Origin: the human T2T-CHM13v2.0 reference genome, Homo sapiens
NCBI RefSeq assembly: GCF_009914755.1
Contig: NC_060929.1
Length of the DNA: 64,000 nucleotides
Strand: one strand, 5' to 3'
The position numbers and the translations under genes are program-made. The notes under the pieces were generated by a model that ran no database searches, was not told the DNA's origin, and saw nothing but the letters and a program-made list of their open reading frames with translations. Shown piece after piece: positions 31,340-44,795 of the stretch (position 1 is its first letter; every line of letters starts with the position of its first letter).

Positions 31340-32559
31340 TTAGATTGTTCCTTGTAGGTATTTATTATCGAATATTTACAGGGCTTATGAAAGAATCGCA
31401 TGAGTGTGATATGTGTGTCTATGGTGGGTGTGTGCCTTTGTGTGTCAGTGTGAGTGCATATTTTCTAAGCAATAAAGCATCTTGGTCAGGGAAGAGTTGC
31501 CATTCGGATGTGCTAGAACACTGAATTGTCACCTGTCTAGATGCCCTTCCTGTGCTACAAGTAGGTGAAGCCTTCTTCCCGTCACAGAGTGTCCAAGGCC
31601 CACTGGCAGCACCAGGGCCAATGCTCTGTTTTGCCTGGCACTAGGGTCAGTGTGAAAAACAACCTCACCTCTGCCTCAAACTGTCACATACTGAGAAATA
31701 AATAACTTCCTGCAATCTAACAGCAGCTAAAACCTAGGGAGGCACCTGATTTCATAAAATATAGGTGGAAGGATGCTTTCACTCAAGCAGAGGAAATAGC
31801 ATCTGATACTGTGTGACTCGCCAGAATAAGACACAAGATCAGAAGAAAGAGGGAATCTTGTTATTTGACAAAAGTTAGCAAATAATAATAATAATAACAT
31901 TAATATTTTAAAAACTAATTCCTAAAGTTAACCTCAGCATGTGTTAACGCAGGACACCTATCTTTTTAAATTATTTTTGTATGCACCTTTTGGAACGTTC
32001 CTACCAAACAAATCATCAGAGAGTGCCACCATTGTCATTGCTTTATTGTTGTTAAAGTTGCTTTTAAATTATGTGTTTGCTTTGTGTCATTTAGTATGCA
32101 AATATATGTTTAGTTAATACCTTATGTTTTAATGTAGTTGTATTTCAAAGTAATGCTTAGTGCTGGTGTAACTGCTTATGTTGTAATTTTCCCAACATGT
32201 TTCAGAAATTAAATAGAGAAAAGTGTGCTGTACTCAAAAAATAAAAGGGAAATTTTTCAAATGGAAGCTCTTATGCATATATTTTTGATTAACCTCAGTT
32301 ACACTTTGTTATGCCTTACTCATTAACTCCTCTTGTTCTTTGACATGAAGTTCTTCTGATCTTTGTATTTTCACTTGAGGACTCAACTGGGGCTCCAGGC
32401 TTGATGTACCATTCACTTGTTTCCTGCTATTGCCATAAAACAGTGATTTCTGTGCAGATTTTTGCTTATTCATTCACTGATGTGTTGAACACGCATTTGT
32501 TAAAAGACGACTGATGTCACCATCTGCTCAGTCTTTCCCCAGTGCATGCCATGGTGGTA

Positions 32560-32750
32560 GGGAGCTCTCTGGTGTCTTGTCTTAGAAGGACTCCAAGGAC
32601 ACTCATACTATCAGATCAGGACCTTACTCTTATGACCTCATTTAACCTTCATTTCATTCTTAAAGGCTCCATCTCCAAATACAGCCACACTGGGAGTTAG
32701 GGCTTCAAAGATGAACTTTGGTGGGGGACACAAACTTGCAGTTCATAACA
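32560..32750 (-). mobile_element. MLT1A-like LTR fragment
   Basis: atgacctcatttaacctt...ctccaaatacagccacactgg...ggggacacaaac...cataaca. Confidence 0.7.
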
Positions 32751-33204
32751 ATAAGAAAGTGGTCTTCTCATTTAGTACCTCCTTTGTGGCAAGGACTTGC
32801 ATTCCCATATTCCTGAATAAATCTGGGTGCAGGTGTGGGTGTACCCATGCCCCTCTAGTAAGCATAGTATTCAGAATTTCCTTTAGTTTCCGTAACCTCT
32901 TGACAAAAGAAAAAAAAAGACCTTAGTGTAAATAAGTAGGGAATCACTTATTGTGATAACGAAGGATGGGGTTGACTTTCTTCATGCCATAGACCACTGG
33001 GGTCAGGAAAAATGTCAGGAGGCCCTAAATCAAGCACACACACATTCCCTCTCCCTTCTCTCCTCTTCTCTCCCCTCCACTGATCTTGTCTTTCTCTGTA
33101 GTTCCAATCCCCCCAAGTAATAGTTGACCTAATCAGCACACACGAATCTATTCCCTTCCAAATATCCAAATCACATTTATCAATCTCCTTGTTTTCTATA
33201 AGTC

Positions 33205-34846
33205 AAAATATTCCCAAGTCAATTGCTGATAAATAACCTAAGGTGTAATTGGAGAGAGAAAAATTACAGCATGATGTGTTCAGCAAGTCACATTTTTTTA
33301 TTATTAAACTTGAAGTTCTAGGGTACATGTGCACAACGTGCAGGTTTGTTACATGTGTATACATGTGCCATGTTGGTGTGCTGCACCCATTAACTTGTCA
33401 TTTACATTAGGTATATCTCCTAATGCTATCCCCCCCTCTCCCCCCACCCCATGACAGGCTCTGTTGTTTGATGTTCCCCGCCCTGTGTCCAAGTGTTCTC
33501 ATTGTTCAGTTCCCACCTATGAGTGAGAACATGCGGTGTTTGGTTTTCTGTCCTTGTGATAGTTTGCTCAAACTGATGATTTCCAGCTTCATCCATGTCC
33601 CTACAAAGGACATGAACTCATCCTTTTTTATGGCTGCATAGTATTCCATGGTGTATATGTGCCACATTTTCTTAATCCAGTCTATCACTGATGGACATTT
33701 GGGTTGGTTCCAAGTCTTTGCTATTGTGAATAGTGCCGCAATAAACATACATGTGCATGTGTCTTTATAGCAGCATGTTTTATAATCCTTTGGGTATATA
33801 CCCAGTAATGGGATGGCTGGGGCAAATGGAATTTCTAGTTCTAGATCCTTGAGGAATCGCCACACTGTCTTCCACAATGGTTGAACTAGTTTACAGTCCC
33901 ACCAACAGTGTAAGAGTGTTCCTATTTCTCCACATCCCCTTCAACACCTGTTGTTTCCTGACTTTTTAATGATCGTCATTCTAACTGGTGTGAGATGATA
34001 TCTCATTTTGGTTTTGATTTGCATTTCTCTGATGGCCAGTGATGATGAGCATTTTTTCATGTGTCTGTTGGCTGCATAAATGTCTTCTTTTGAGAAGTGT
34101 CTGTTCATATCCTTTGCCCACTTTTTGATGGGGTTGTTTGATTTTTTCTTGTAAATTTGTTTGAGTTCTTTGTAGATTCTGGATATTAGCCCTTTGTCAG
34201 ATGGGTAGATTATAAAAATTTTCTCCCATTCTGTAGGTTGCCTGTTCACTCTGATGGTAGTTTCTTTTGCTGTGCAGAAGCTCTTTAGTTTAATTAGCAT
34301 CCATTTGTCAATTTTGGCTTTTGTTGCCATCACTTTTGGTGTTTTAGTCATGAAGTCCTTGCCCAGGCCTATGGCCTGAATGGTATTGCCTAGGTTTTCT
34401 TCTAGGGTTTTTATGGTTTTAGGTCAACATTTAAGTCTTTAATCCATCTTGCATTAATTTTTGTATAAGGTGTAAGGAAGGGATCCTGTTTCAGCTTTCT
34501 ACATATAGCTAGCCAGTTTCCCCAGCACCATTTATTAAATAGGGAATCCTTTCCCCATTTCTTGTTTTTGTCAGGTTTGTCAAAGATCAGATGGTTGTAG
34601 ATGTGTGTATTATTTCTGAGGGCTCTGTTCTGTTCCATTGGTCTATATCTCTGTTTTGGACCAGTACCATGCTGTTTTGGTTACTGTAGTCTTGTAGTAT
34701 AGTTTGAAGTCAGGTAGCGTGATACCTCCAATCACATTTTTAAAAGATATATTCTATACGGGAAAATCTTCAAATTTTAGATACTATCCATCAAAAATGC
34801 ATCTGTTCTTATTACAAAATTAATGTTGAGATATCTGTGTTCTAAA
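33205..34846 (+). repeat. Local duplication A, copy 2 (interrupted by L1PA)
   Basis: Halves 33205-33297 and 34732-34846 match 30326-30529. Confidence 0.92.
33298..34730 (-). mobile_element. 5'-truncated L1PA (~1.43 kb)
   Basis: ORF2p fragments 33506-33877, 33941-34351, 34411-34638; TSD TCACATTTTT at 33288 and 34732. Confidence 0.95.
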
Positions 34847-35537
34847 CCAGTAGTGGGAGTGGAGGCCACCTCAGAAGATTCACAGAGGTGATTAAGTGTG
34901 TAGGAAGAATATACACTTCTTAATTCTGAAGACAAGGTGAGAATTAGGCCCATCCATCATTGCTGCAAGGGAGAAGCCACAAGCCAGACCCAGTGTGCTT
35001 TGGCAAAGGGAGGCAAGTGTGTCCACTGGTGGGGACTCAGTCGTGTCCCCAAGCACAGATCTAATGCTGGGGTTCACGAAGCACCACATGGGTTCTGGGG
35101 ACTTAAGGCAAGGAAGCCTGATCCTGAGCCCTTGCCGTCCACCTGTAGGTCACAGGCCATGGAAACCTAGACTGGGTGCATGCTGGCCCAACTAGTAAAG
35201 GAGGTGCTGGTTTTATTTTCACTTCCTTGATTTCACTCTCACTCGCAAGCTGACATTTTCCAGGAGCATTTATAAACTATATTTTTTTCTCAGTAAAGGA
35301 AATACTGTTTTTAGTAAGTTACCTGCATATATTATTCATAGTTTGATAAAGACACCGTTCTGAAAGTGAGTATGGTTAAAATTTGTCTTAAGTTGTATTT
35401 TCTGCTCATTTTAATGTTAACCAATCTTTGATTCCTCCATCTAGTCCTATGAAATAGAATAATAGTTCTGCAGCTGGTACAGTAATAAGAAATACCAAAA
35501 AAGTTTGTTTCCCTACAGCTTATACCCTTGAATCAAA

Positions 35538-36180
<643 letters not shown>

Positions 36181-36496
36181 TTAAAAAGAAGTATTTTTAT
36201 TTTTCTCACTTTTAATGGCAGTCAGTCTAGAATACATTACTGACTTCTCTGCCCCAGTTGAAAGTGCCCTGTGGGATGGTCTAGTTCCTGGGATGTTCAA
36301 GCTAATCATGGTGTGTGCCTGGCAGTGAGAGTCTTCCAAATTACTTGCTGAAAACAGATGTTTAAAAGTCAGACAATGTGGTACAATGCATACTTCCATA
36401 TAATTTTTATTTATTTGTCAACAACTGAGAGATACATAGTACTTATGCATGCGTTTTTATGTTTGCATCAACCTATTCTGAACGGATTGCTAATTA

Positions 36497-36872
<376 letters not shown>

Positions 36873-37440
36873 TTACCTTCTAGAAATGAAAAAAATGACA
36901 ATGAAAGTATTTTCACTAAGTCTGAAAGAAGCAAAACCTTCTCACCCAAATCTTAAAAGCACTCTGATGGTTTGGATGCTCTGTGATCTGTTGCCCTCTA
37001 GAAGCTAACAAAAAAAAAAAAAAAAAAAAAAAAAGGTGCTTCTCTAGGAACTAGATCCTTAAGGAGGTGAAACCACTGTGTGATTTCGGAAAAACATTAA
37101 GGAATCAAATTATTGATGTCTTTACTCCTTTAGACGACTTATCTCCCTTGTTATTTAATTCAGATCCCTTGAGTTTCAATTGATATGACAGTTAGTTTAT
37201 AATATAGAATTTTCCAAGGAGGGCAGTGTGTGATTAGGAATATTCTATTTTCAGATCCTGTTAGCAGTATCCAGATTCCATATCCAGTTAGTTGGCATCA
37301 CGTGTTTTTTTTTTTTTTTTTAAATGCTGTTCGGAATGATACACAATAAAGAAAGAAGATCGCAAGTCATTTTAAAAAATAGTTCCAGATGTTTGATTGG
37401 AGATTCAGTTTTATGATGTGTTGGCCCTTTCTATTTCCAG

Positions 37441-37510
37441 GCAATGGCTCAAGTCTGAAGACATTCAGAGAATCTCACTGCTTTTCTATAACAAAGTACT
37501 AGAAAAAGAG
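37441..37510 (+). CDS. ADCY2: ADCY2 exon (~13), end of C1b
   Basis: ctatttccag|GCAATGG...AAAGAG|gtaagt; (K)QWLKSEDIQRISLLFYNKVLEKE; 70 nt. Confidence 0.94.
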
Positions 37511-39139
37511 GTAAGTTTTTTTCTTCTTCAAAATCATCAATCGAGTTTTCTGAAATTTGAATTTCTTCATGAAATTGTGCTCATGTTTTTTATATGTGAC
37601 ATTTAAACTGCCTCTGACTATATTCGAACTCTTTCTGGCTTTTCTGGTGGTTCTTTCATGCATATATTGCTTTACGGTATTTCTTGTTACCAAGATTCCA
37701 TCTTTGATCAGTTACCATTCTCAACCCTCTCGATAGTAAATGGTATCTGCAATGTGTGCGAAATATCCCAATTAAATGAAAGATGTGGGAGATATCTACT
37801 CTTCTCAATGTGAAATTCTTTCAGAAAAGTCTTAAAAAAAACAGAATTCTTCTTGATAAATCTGCAATGTCTTTACACAAATTATTTTAATATGTTGACT
37901 AAAATATGAGTTTTACATTCAATGCTTTTTCCAGATAATTAGAACTTTTAAGCTTTATTGCATCCTTAATACTTTCATATTATGGCTTTTAAAGTAAGAG
38001 CTATTTCAGGCACAAATAAGTAAGCAGACATTTAGTTTTTACATGTCAAGCTATATATGGGTTTGCCAAAATGAATTCAGTTAATTGTTGCAGAAAGGAC
38101 AACCATTCTTCTAGCTCAACTTTATTTTATTCGCCTTTTGTTTTTTGTTGATCTGGAGAAGGAACCAGACTTAGAAGTAATTTGCATCATCCAACTATAT
38201 AATTACAGGCCTACTTTGAACAAAAGTTACATTAATGGTAGCATTCGCAGCTCTGGTATTAAAATTATGTTGATAAAATTTAGTGCATTATTTTATGAAT
38301 ATCAAATAGAAATATTAAATATGATAATTCCTTCCAAAATCTATGGACACACCAAAAGGTTTTTTTTTTATGTTGGTGTTCAAGAGGATCTGTTGTCTAC
38401 TGCTAAGTAGAGGACTCTGACCATTGACTGCAGACAGTTTACCAAATTGATGCTTGTTATAATGCACAACTATTGACCACCTTATACTTAATAACTTTAG
38501 CAAATATTAATGGCTACTTATTGCTTAGCTGCTACATTATTTCTTTCCTGATAGAAGTCCATTTCTTTGTTAATACCACAAAGAAATTCCTACTCATATC
38601 TCTGCACAAAGGCCTGAAGAAGTTAAAAGATAAGGATTTAATTGAGTGCATAGAATGTAATCACATTTCAGCAATGATGCTAATGTAGCTTCTTCATGAG
38701 CATGGAAATTATGCTGGCTACTAAGTCACAAAATATACCCCCCAAAATTCTAGTAAACAGAAAGTGATCATTTAAAAATGCAGCTTTACATTCCCCATGT
38801 ACACATATTTGCAGATGCCGACTTTAAAGCAAATTTTAGAGAGCAGCAAGACTTAAGCTCAGTTTTTGTCCATCTGTCCTCAGCCTGCCCGTCAGAGCAT
38901 GAGGTAGGGCAAGAGGTCACAAGAGCTATCAGAAGATAAATCTCTGGAGACCCCTCAGAGATCCCTCATGCAGCACTAAACTAGAGAGGCTAAAATCCCA
39001 GAAATACATATGTGTCCCTATAACTTGGGAAAGTTTATGCAAATGTAGCCAATGCAACCTGACAGTATTTTCAGGAGGTTTCAATGGCATTGGCACAAAA
39101 TTTTATTTCCTTTAATTTTACCATACAACCTTTCGTAAG

Positions 39140-39330
39140 GCAGTTGAGCCTCATGGTTGAGAGTCTGAGTTCAGAGCCTGGTGAAGGTCCTGGTTTCCCA
39201 TGCACTGTATCTCACTGATTGTAGTCAATTGTTCCAGTCCACAGTTTCTTCATCCAAAAATAGGGGCTGTTGTGTGGATTGAATGATTAGTACAGGGAAA
39301 GCAGGGAATGCAGGGCACTGTGCTGAATGT
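39140..39330. mobile_element. MIR fragment
   Basis: cagtttcttcatccaaaaatagggg...gttgtgtggattgaatga. Confidence 0.55.
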
Positions 39331-40059
39331 GGCAGGGGTCATCATCAGCATCATAAGTATAGCCCTATCTGGAATTTTTATCCTGCCTAAGTAAAGCAGG
39401 GTCAGACCTAGGTAGGCAGCTAATGCTGGTCAGCTTATTCATGGCATGGGGAACCACGTGGACCCCTGATGAATGCACTGGACGAGAGAAAGGAAGGGGA
39501 TCCCATTGGCTAGGCTCAGAACAAGCCAACTAAGAACCAAGTTGGCAAACCTTTTCAGTCTTATAACTTTACCCATCACCTCTCAATAGCATTAAGACAA
39601 ATAATAAAATAAAATACTAAAATAAATGAATATGTCTTGCATTTCCTCAGTAGTATTCAAAAGTAAGATAGTATATGAGAAGTCATGCCCTTTCCCTCAG
39701 TAGTCATAGACAACAGACCCTCATGGGACCCAGGTCACAGGCGCGATTCACAGTTCACTCACTCAACCTTCTGGTCAGGTGCCTCTCTCCTTACTAGAGA
39801 GATTCAGTTACTTATAGATGGGTTTGAGAACAGTTCCACTCATAAACTGTGGTCCTTGGAAGTCACTCCTTCACAGTTCATGTGGGGGAAGGAAAAACTC
39901 ATTGCTGAGATGAACAGGCTTTCTCCTTAGCTCATGTTGGCTGCAATCTGCACAATTTCTGAGTGTGGTGCATGCTCTGGGTACAACTAGGCTGCTGGAC
40001 ACTGTGTGCAGCTCTTCTCTTGGAGAACTGTCACTCACAGGTTCCTTTCTCCCCCTCAG

Positions 40060-40157
40060 TACCGGGCCACGGCACTGCCAGCGTTCAAGTATTATGTGAC
40101 TTGTGCCTGTCTCATATTCTTCTGCATCTTCATTGTGCAGATTCTCGTGCTGCCAAA
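40060..40157 (+). CDS. ADCY2: ADCY2 exon (~14), first M2 transmembrane helix
   Basis: ccccctcag|TACCGG...CCAAA|gtaagt; YRATALPAFKYYVTCACLIFFCIFIVQILVLP(K); 98 nt. Confidence 0.94.
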
Positions 40158-42494
40158 GTAAGTACTTCTGGTTTCCACTGGGATTCTCACCTGGGGTGCC
40201 TTTCCACTGGAGCCCAGTTATATTTAAAGGTGTGAAAGGATGCTAATGTTTAGACAGAGGGGTGATTTAATGTCATGGTAAAGGGAGAGTAACCCAGGAC
40301 CTCGGAGGTTAAGTGGCCCCCATGTGTCTTCCTTAGCATAATGTTGGATTTTCAAAGTGGACATGTTGATTCAAACTTCTAGGGATTGAAAAAAACAATT
40401 TAACCTTCTTGTTTTGATGTTGGTATTACTCTGATGCGCAGTCTAGGAAATGTAGCCCAATAAACTTTACCCACAAAGAGTGCAATCCCCAGATGTGGTT
40501 TCTAATAAACAAATACCATTATCTTATATTGAAAGGGCATGACCTTTCACTATAAGACACACTTTGCCCACCCATCCATTTTGTCCAAGTTCTGTGTGTT
40601 ACACGGCCCTCTCTTCTCTGAAATCCACTCTGCAGCCGTCTTTGATTGTTATAGGTCAAGGTTCAGCCGACCTCTCCCCGGAGAGACGTGGGTACAAATG
40701 GGAGAATCTGAGCAAACCACATTTCATGCTTCGAGGTGAATTCCTTCTGGTTCCACTTAATGGTGAAAAACGAATCGCTTTATGATCCCTAGGTCATCTT
40801 TCTCTTGCACCTTCTTAATTAGTTCAAGACCAATCAGGTGACTTTCTTCAAGAAAGCTAATTCTCATTTTATGATCTAAAGAAAATTCTTGTCCTTCTTT
40901 TAATAACTGGGGATATGGAAAGAAATTTTAAGATAGATTTTTTTTTCCTTCTGATCATATATTTTTTTCTTTCTTAACCTATTTTGTTAAGGTCAAAGCA
41001 ACCATTTTCAATCTAGTAGAATTCAATTGTTTGCTTGCGTTTAACTCTCATGGTGCAGCCAGCCTTTGTGGGCAACTCAAACTGTTTAGATTGAGTAGCG
41101 TTTTGTCTCATGAACGTGCTGAGCAAACTACAAAGAAGTTGTCTGTTTCTCCGCCTCTGTACTTCAAAGGATTTTCTTCTGGGCACTGAGCCAAATAGCC
41201 AAAAACCACTTTTGGGATACAAGTGGTTTTTGATTACATGGATGAATTGTAGAGTGGTGAAAGTTTTGTTCATGTATGTACAGTTCCTTAGCAATGTGCT
41301 CCCTTGTGGAAGGGGTTTCCAGTAGACTTCTCCTCTCCCCATGATTGGAGGTGTAATACATAGACCAAAGGAGCCCTTCTTCAGGACTTACAGAATCTTC
41401 AGTGAAATTTCCCAATGTTAACATTATCAGTTTTCCATTCAAACAAATGTTAACAAATTAAGCTCCTTAGTGTCAGGCCTGTACCATGGTACTGGAGAGA
41501 AACAGCCATCCCAGTACACAGTGGCTTATAGACTGGTAGAGCAGAAAAGAATTTTGAAAGCTACATACGTGAAATAACTATTACCCAGGGAATGGGTCCT
41601 TATTGTTACTCTTACATAGATAGATTCATTAATTTTTCTACATCTTCCTTTTGGATGAGCATTTCTATATTCTCTACATTATAAGTAATACAGGATCTGT
41701 CACCTACTGGGAGGTGCTGGGGATGGGGAGAGTGACTGGGGGCATTTTAAAAGATGCCTCCAAAGAAGACAAAAAGACTTCCAGGAACCAGGAAAAACGT
41801 TTCATGGGATTTCACTTTTAAGAAACACATCCTCGTCATGTCTTTGCTGGCTTGGCTTTGATTTTCTTGTCTCTCTTCTGTGGTGTTGCATCTTTATGAG
41901 GACCCATGGATGTTCATTCTCTCAAGCTTCATCACCCATTATTTTTGTGGGTGCACACAGGTTGCATTTGCTCTAAGGAAAATCCACAGCCTCATCTAAT
42001 GGAGTCCCCAGACCTGCACTTGCTGTAACAGCCTCAGGCTTCTTGTTCTGTGACTTCTTCATTTTTCTTTCATGTTAATATCTTCATTTTTTTCTTTTTC
42101 TTTAAAAAAAATCTTGCTAGGAAATATTTCAAAGATACAGAAAAGTACAGAGTATGATATAATAAACACACACGTGTCCACAATCCAGACTTTTGCAAAT
42201 GTTTACCCTGTGTGCTCTTTACTGTAGATACAATTTTCCACCCTCTAGATTGTTATTATTTGGGTATGCTTCCTTTAAACAATACCTGTTTTTATTTTGG
42301 TTTTATTTATTCAATTTGATATCTTTCTTTATATTAATTTCTTCTATATTTATTTTGTCATCTGTATTTTGATTTTATAATTGATGTGCGTGGACCCACT
42401 TCTACCATTTTATTTTGTGTTTTATTTACCTTGCTTTTCTTTGGTCCTTTTTTTTCTTTTTTCTGATTTCTAATGGATTGATCAAGTTCTTTCA

Positions 42495-42575
42495 TTTTTT
42501 TTTATGGTAAATTAAAAGCAACTTTATTAGAAAGTAAAGAAATAAAATAATGGCTACTCCTTAGGCAGAGCAGCC
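42495..42575 (-). mobile_element. Short polyadenylated LTR R-region-like fragment (ERV1/MER4 group)
   Basis: Minus strand GGCTGCTCTGCCTAAGGAGTAGCCATT...CTAATAAAG...A9; family assignment from memory. Confidence 0.6.
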
Positions 42576-42784
42576 TGTTTATTCTTTTATTTCTTTTACT
42601 CATTAGGAAGTATATATATTTTTTTCATTAAAGATTACTATTAAAGTTCATAGAATATACATCATGTATATCTTTCTTTTAGTGATTATCATTAAAATTT
42701 CAATATATATTATTTATATTAAAGAATAAAATATATAATTATTTATAATATGTATTATATATTTACATGTTTTTAATGTTATAT

Positions 42785-43225
42785 ATTTTTTGTCAATATC
42801 TTTTGGGATAGAAGTGGTTTTTGTTACATGGATGAATGTAGAGTGGTGAAGTCTGAGATTTCAGTGCATTCAGCACCCAAGTAGTACACATTGTACCCAA
42901 TATGTAGTTGTTTATCCTGCACTCCTCTCCTACCCTTCCCCCTTTGGAGTCTCCATAGTCCATTGTATCACTCTGTGTGCCTTTACATACCCACAGCTTA
43001 GCTACCATTTATAAGTGAGAACATACAGTATTTGGTTTTCCATTCCTGAGTTATTTCACTTAGAATAATGGCTTCCAGCTCCAACCAAGTTGCTGCAAAA
43101 GATATTATTTCTTTTATTTTTTTGGCAGAGTAATTTTCCATCGTGTATGTATGCTACATTTCATTTATCCATTCATTGGTTGATGAATGCTTGCATTGGT
43201 TCCATATCTTGGCAATTGTGAATTG
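42785..43225 (-). mobile_element. L1PB-type 3' end
   Basis: gttacatggatgaatgtagagtggtgaagtctgaga...ttcacttagaataatgg. Confidence 0.85.
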
Positions 43226-43229
43226 AATT

Positions 43230-44148
43230 TTAACATTTATGCTTAATTCAATACATTCTGAAGTTATTCATAATCTCTCTTCAATGTCATTATTTCCTAG
43301 GATTTTAGCTCTGACAGTAATTATAGTCAATGTTTATTTAAATCTGCCACATTCTTTACCAATTAATTTGCTCATCAATGCTTTTTAAAAATTATTCGTT
43401 TCTTCAAATTTATTTATATTTTTGGTGATGTATATGATTTGTTAGGGTTTTTGGAGGGGGAGTCTATGAGTAACAATAGCTGCCTTTTTTGTTTATATTA
43501 AAATTTCTTTATCTACTTTATTTCACAGTTCTTGAATAATAGTTTAACTGGGCATAAAAGTCTAGGTTAACTTTTATTTTCGCTCAGAATTATGATGACA
43601 TTACTCTGTGGCATTACATCTTCTATTTTTGTTAATGAAGTATTTCTGTCAGTCTCATTACATTCCTTTCTAGGGAGTCTGTCTTTCCTCTCTGAGTGCT
43701 TTTAGGTATCTTTTTTGCTTGGGGGTCGGGGGGCGGTATTTCACTATATTGTTTCCATAAGTGTATTTGTTTTCATCAACCTAAGTGACTAGGTGTGATT
43801 TTTCAATCTGAGGACACATATCTCTGCTCAGTTCTGGAAAATTCTCTGCCTCTATCTCTTACATGTTGCTGTCGATTGTCTCGATTGTCTATTCTTTCCT
43901 CTGGAGTTCTTGTAGCTGCATATTGTGTTCTCATCCTGGGCTCCAGGTGTTTTCATGTTTCCTGCCAGTTTCCACTTTTTATTTCTTTGGTCTGCATTCT
44001 GATAAATTCTTCACCCAACATTGAGATTATAATCTTTATGATTATTGTTTTCATATCTAAGAAGTCTATGTTGTTCTTAAAACCTAACCTTTTTGTATAT
44101 ATAATTTTATATTTTGCCTATGGAATTTTGTTTTGTTTTCCTTGCAGA
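43230..44148 (-). mobile_element. Very old L1M body remnant
   Basis: T-rich degenerate L1 motifs (tcttgaataatagtttaactggg; cagttctggaaaattctc). Confidence 0.55.
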
Positions 44149-44449
44149 TTTTTTTTTTTTTTTTTGATGGAGTCTTGCTCTGTCACCCAGGCTAGAGTGC
44201 AGTGCAGTGGCACAATCTCAGCTCACTGCAACCTCCGCCTCCTGGGTTCAAGCAGTTCTCCTGTCTCAGCCTCCTGAGTAGCTCGGATTGCAGGCGCCCA
44301 ACATCACGCCCAGCTGATTTTTGTATTTTTAGTAGAGACAGGGTTTCACCATATTTGTCAGGCTGGTCTTGAACTCCTGACCTCAAAGATCTGCCTGCCT
44401 TGGCCTCCCAAAGTGCTGGGATTATAGGCATGAGCCACCGCACCTGGCC
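44149..44449 (-). mobile_element. AluS element
   Basis: Full reverse Alu with internal AGTGC duplication; TSD cttg(c/g)agattttt. Confidence 0.93.
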
Positions 44450-44489
44450 TACTTGGAGATTTTAAACATATTATATGGAAATATCACTT

Positions 44490-44795
44490 CTTTTATTTTT
44501 TTTTTGTTATTATTTTGAGACAGACTTCTGCTCTGTCACCCAGGCTGCAGTGCAGTGGCACCATCTTGGCTCACTGCAACCTCTGCCTCCCAGGTTCAAG
44601 CAGTTCTCCTGCCTCAGCCTCCTGAGTAGCTGAGATTACAAGCACCTGCCACTGCACCAGCTAATTTTTGTATTTTTAGTAGAGATGGAGTTTCACCATG
44701 TTGGCCAGGCCGGTCTCAAACTTCTAGCCTCAAGCAATCCGCCTGCCTCGGCCTCCCAAAGTGTTGGGATTACAGGTGTGAGCCACTATGCCTGG
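44490..44795 (-). mobile_element. AluS element
   Basis: Perfect 14-bp TSD TGGAAATATCACTT at 44476 and 44796. Confidence 0.93.

Noticed and set aside
39963-40235. ORF-track protein overlapping the exon at 40060
   Set aside because: Wrong frame; the true exon frame reads YRATALPAFKYY
42650-42790. Very AT-rich stretch
   Set aside because: Low-complexity sequence next to an L1 tail with no defined unit
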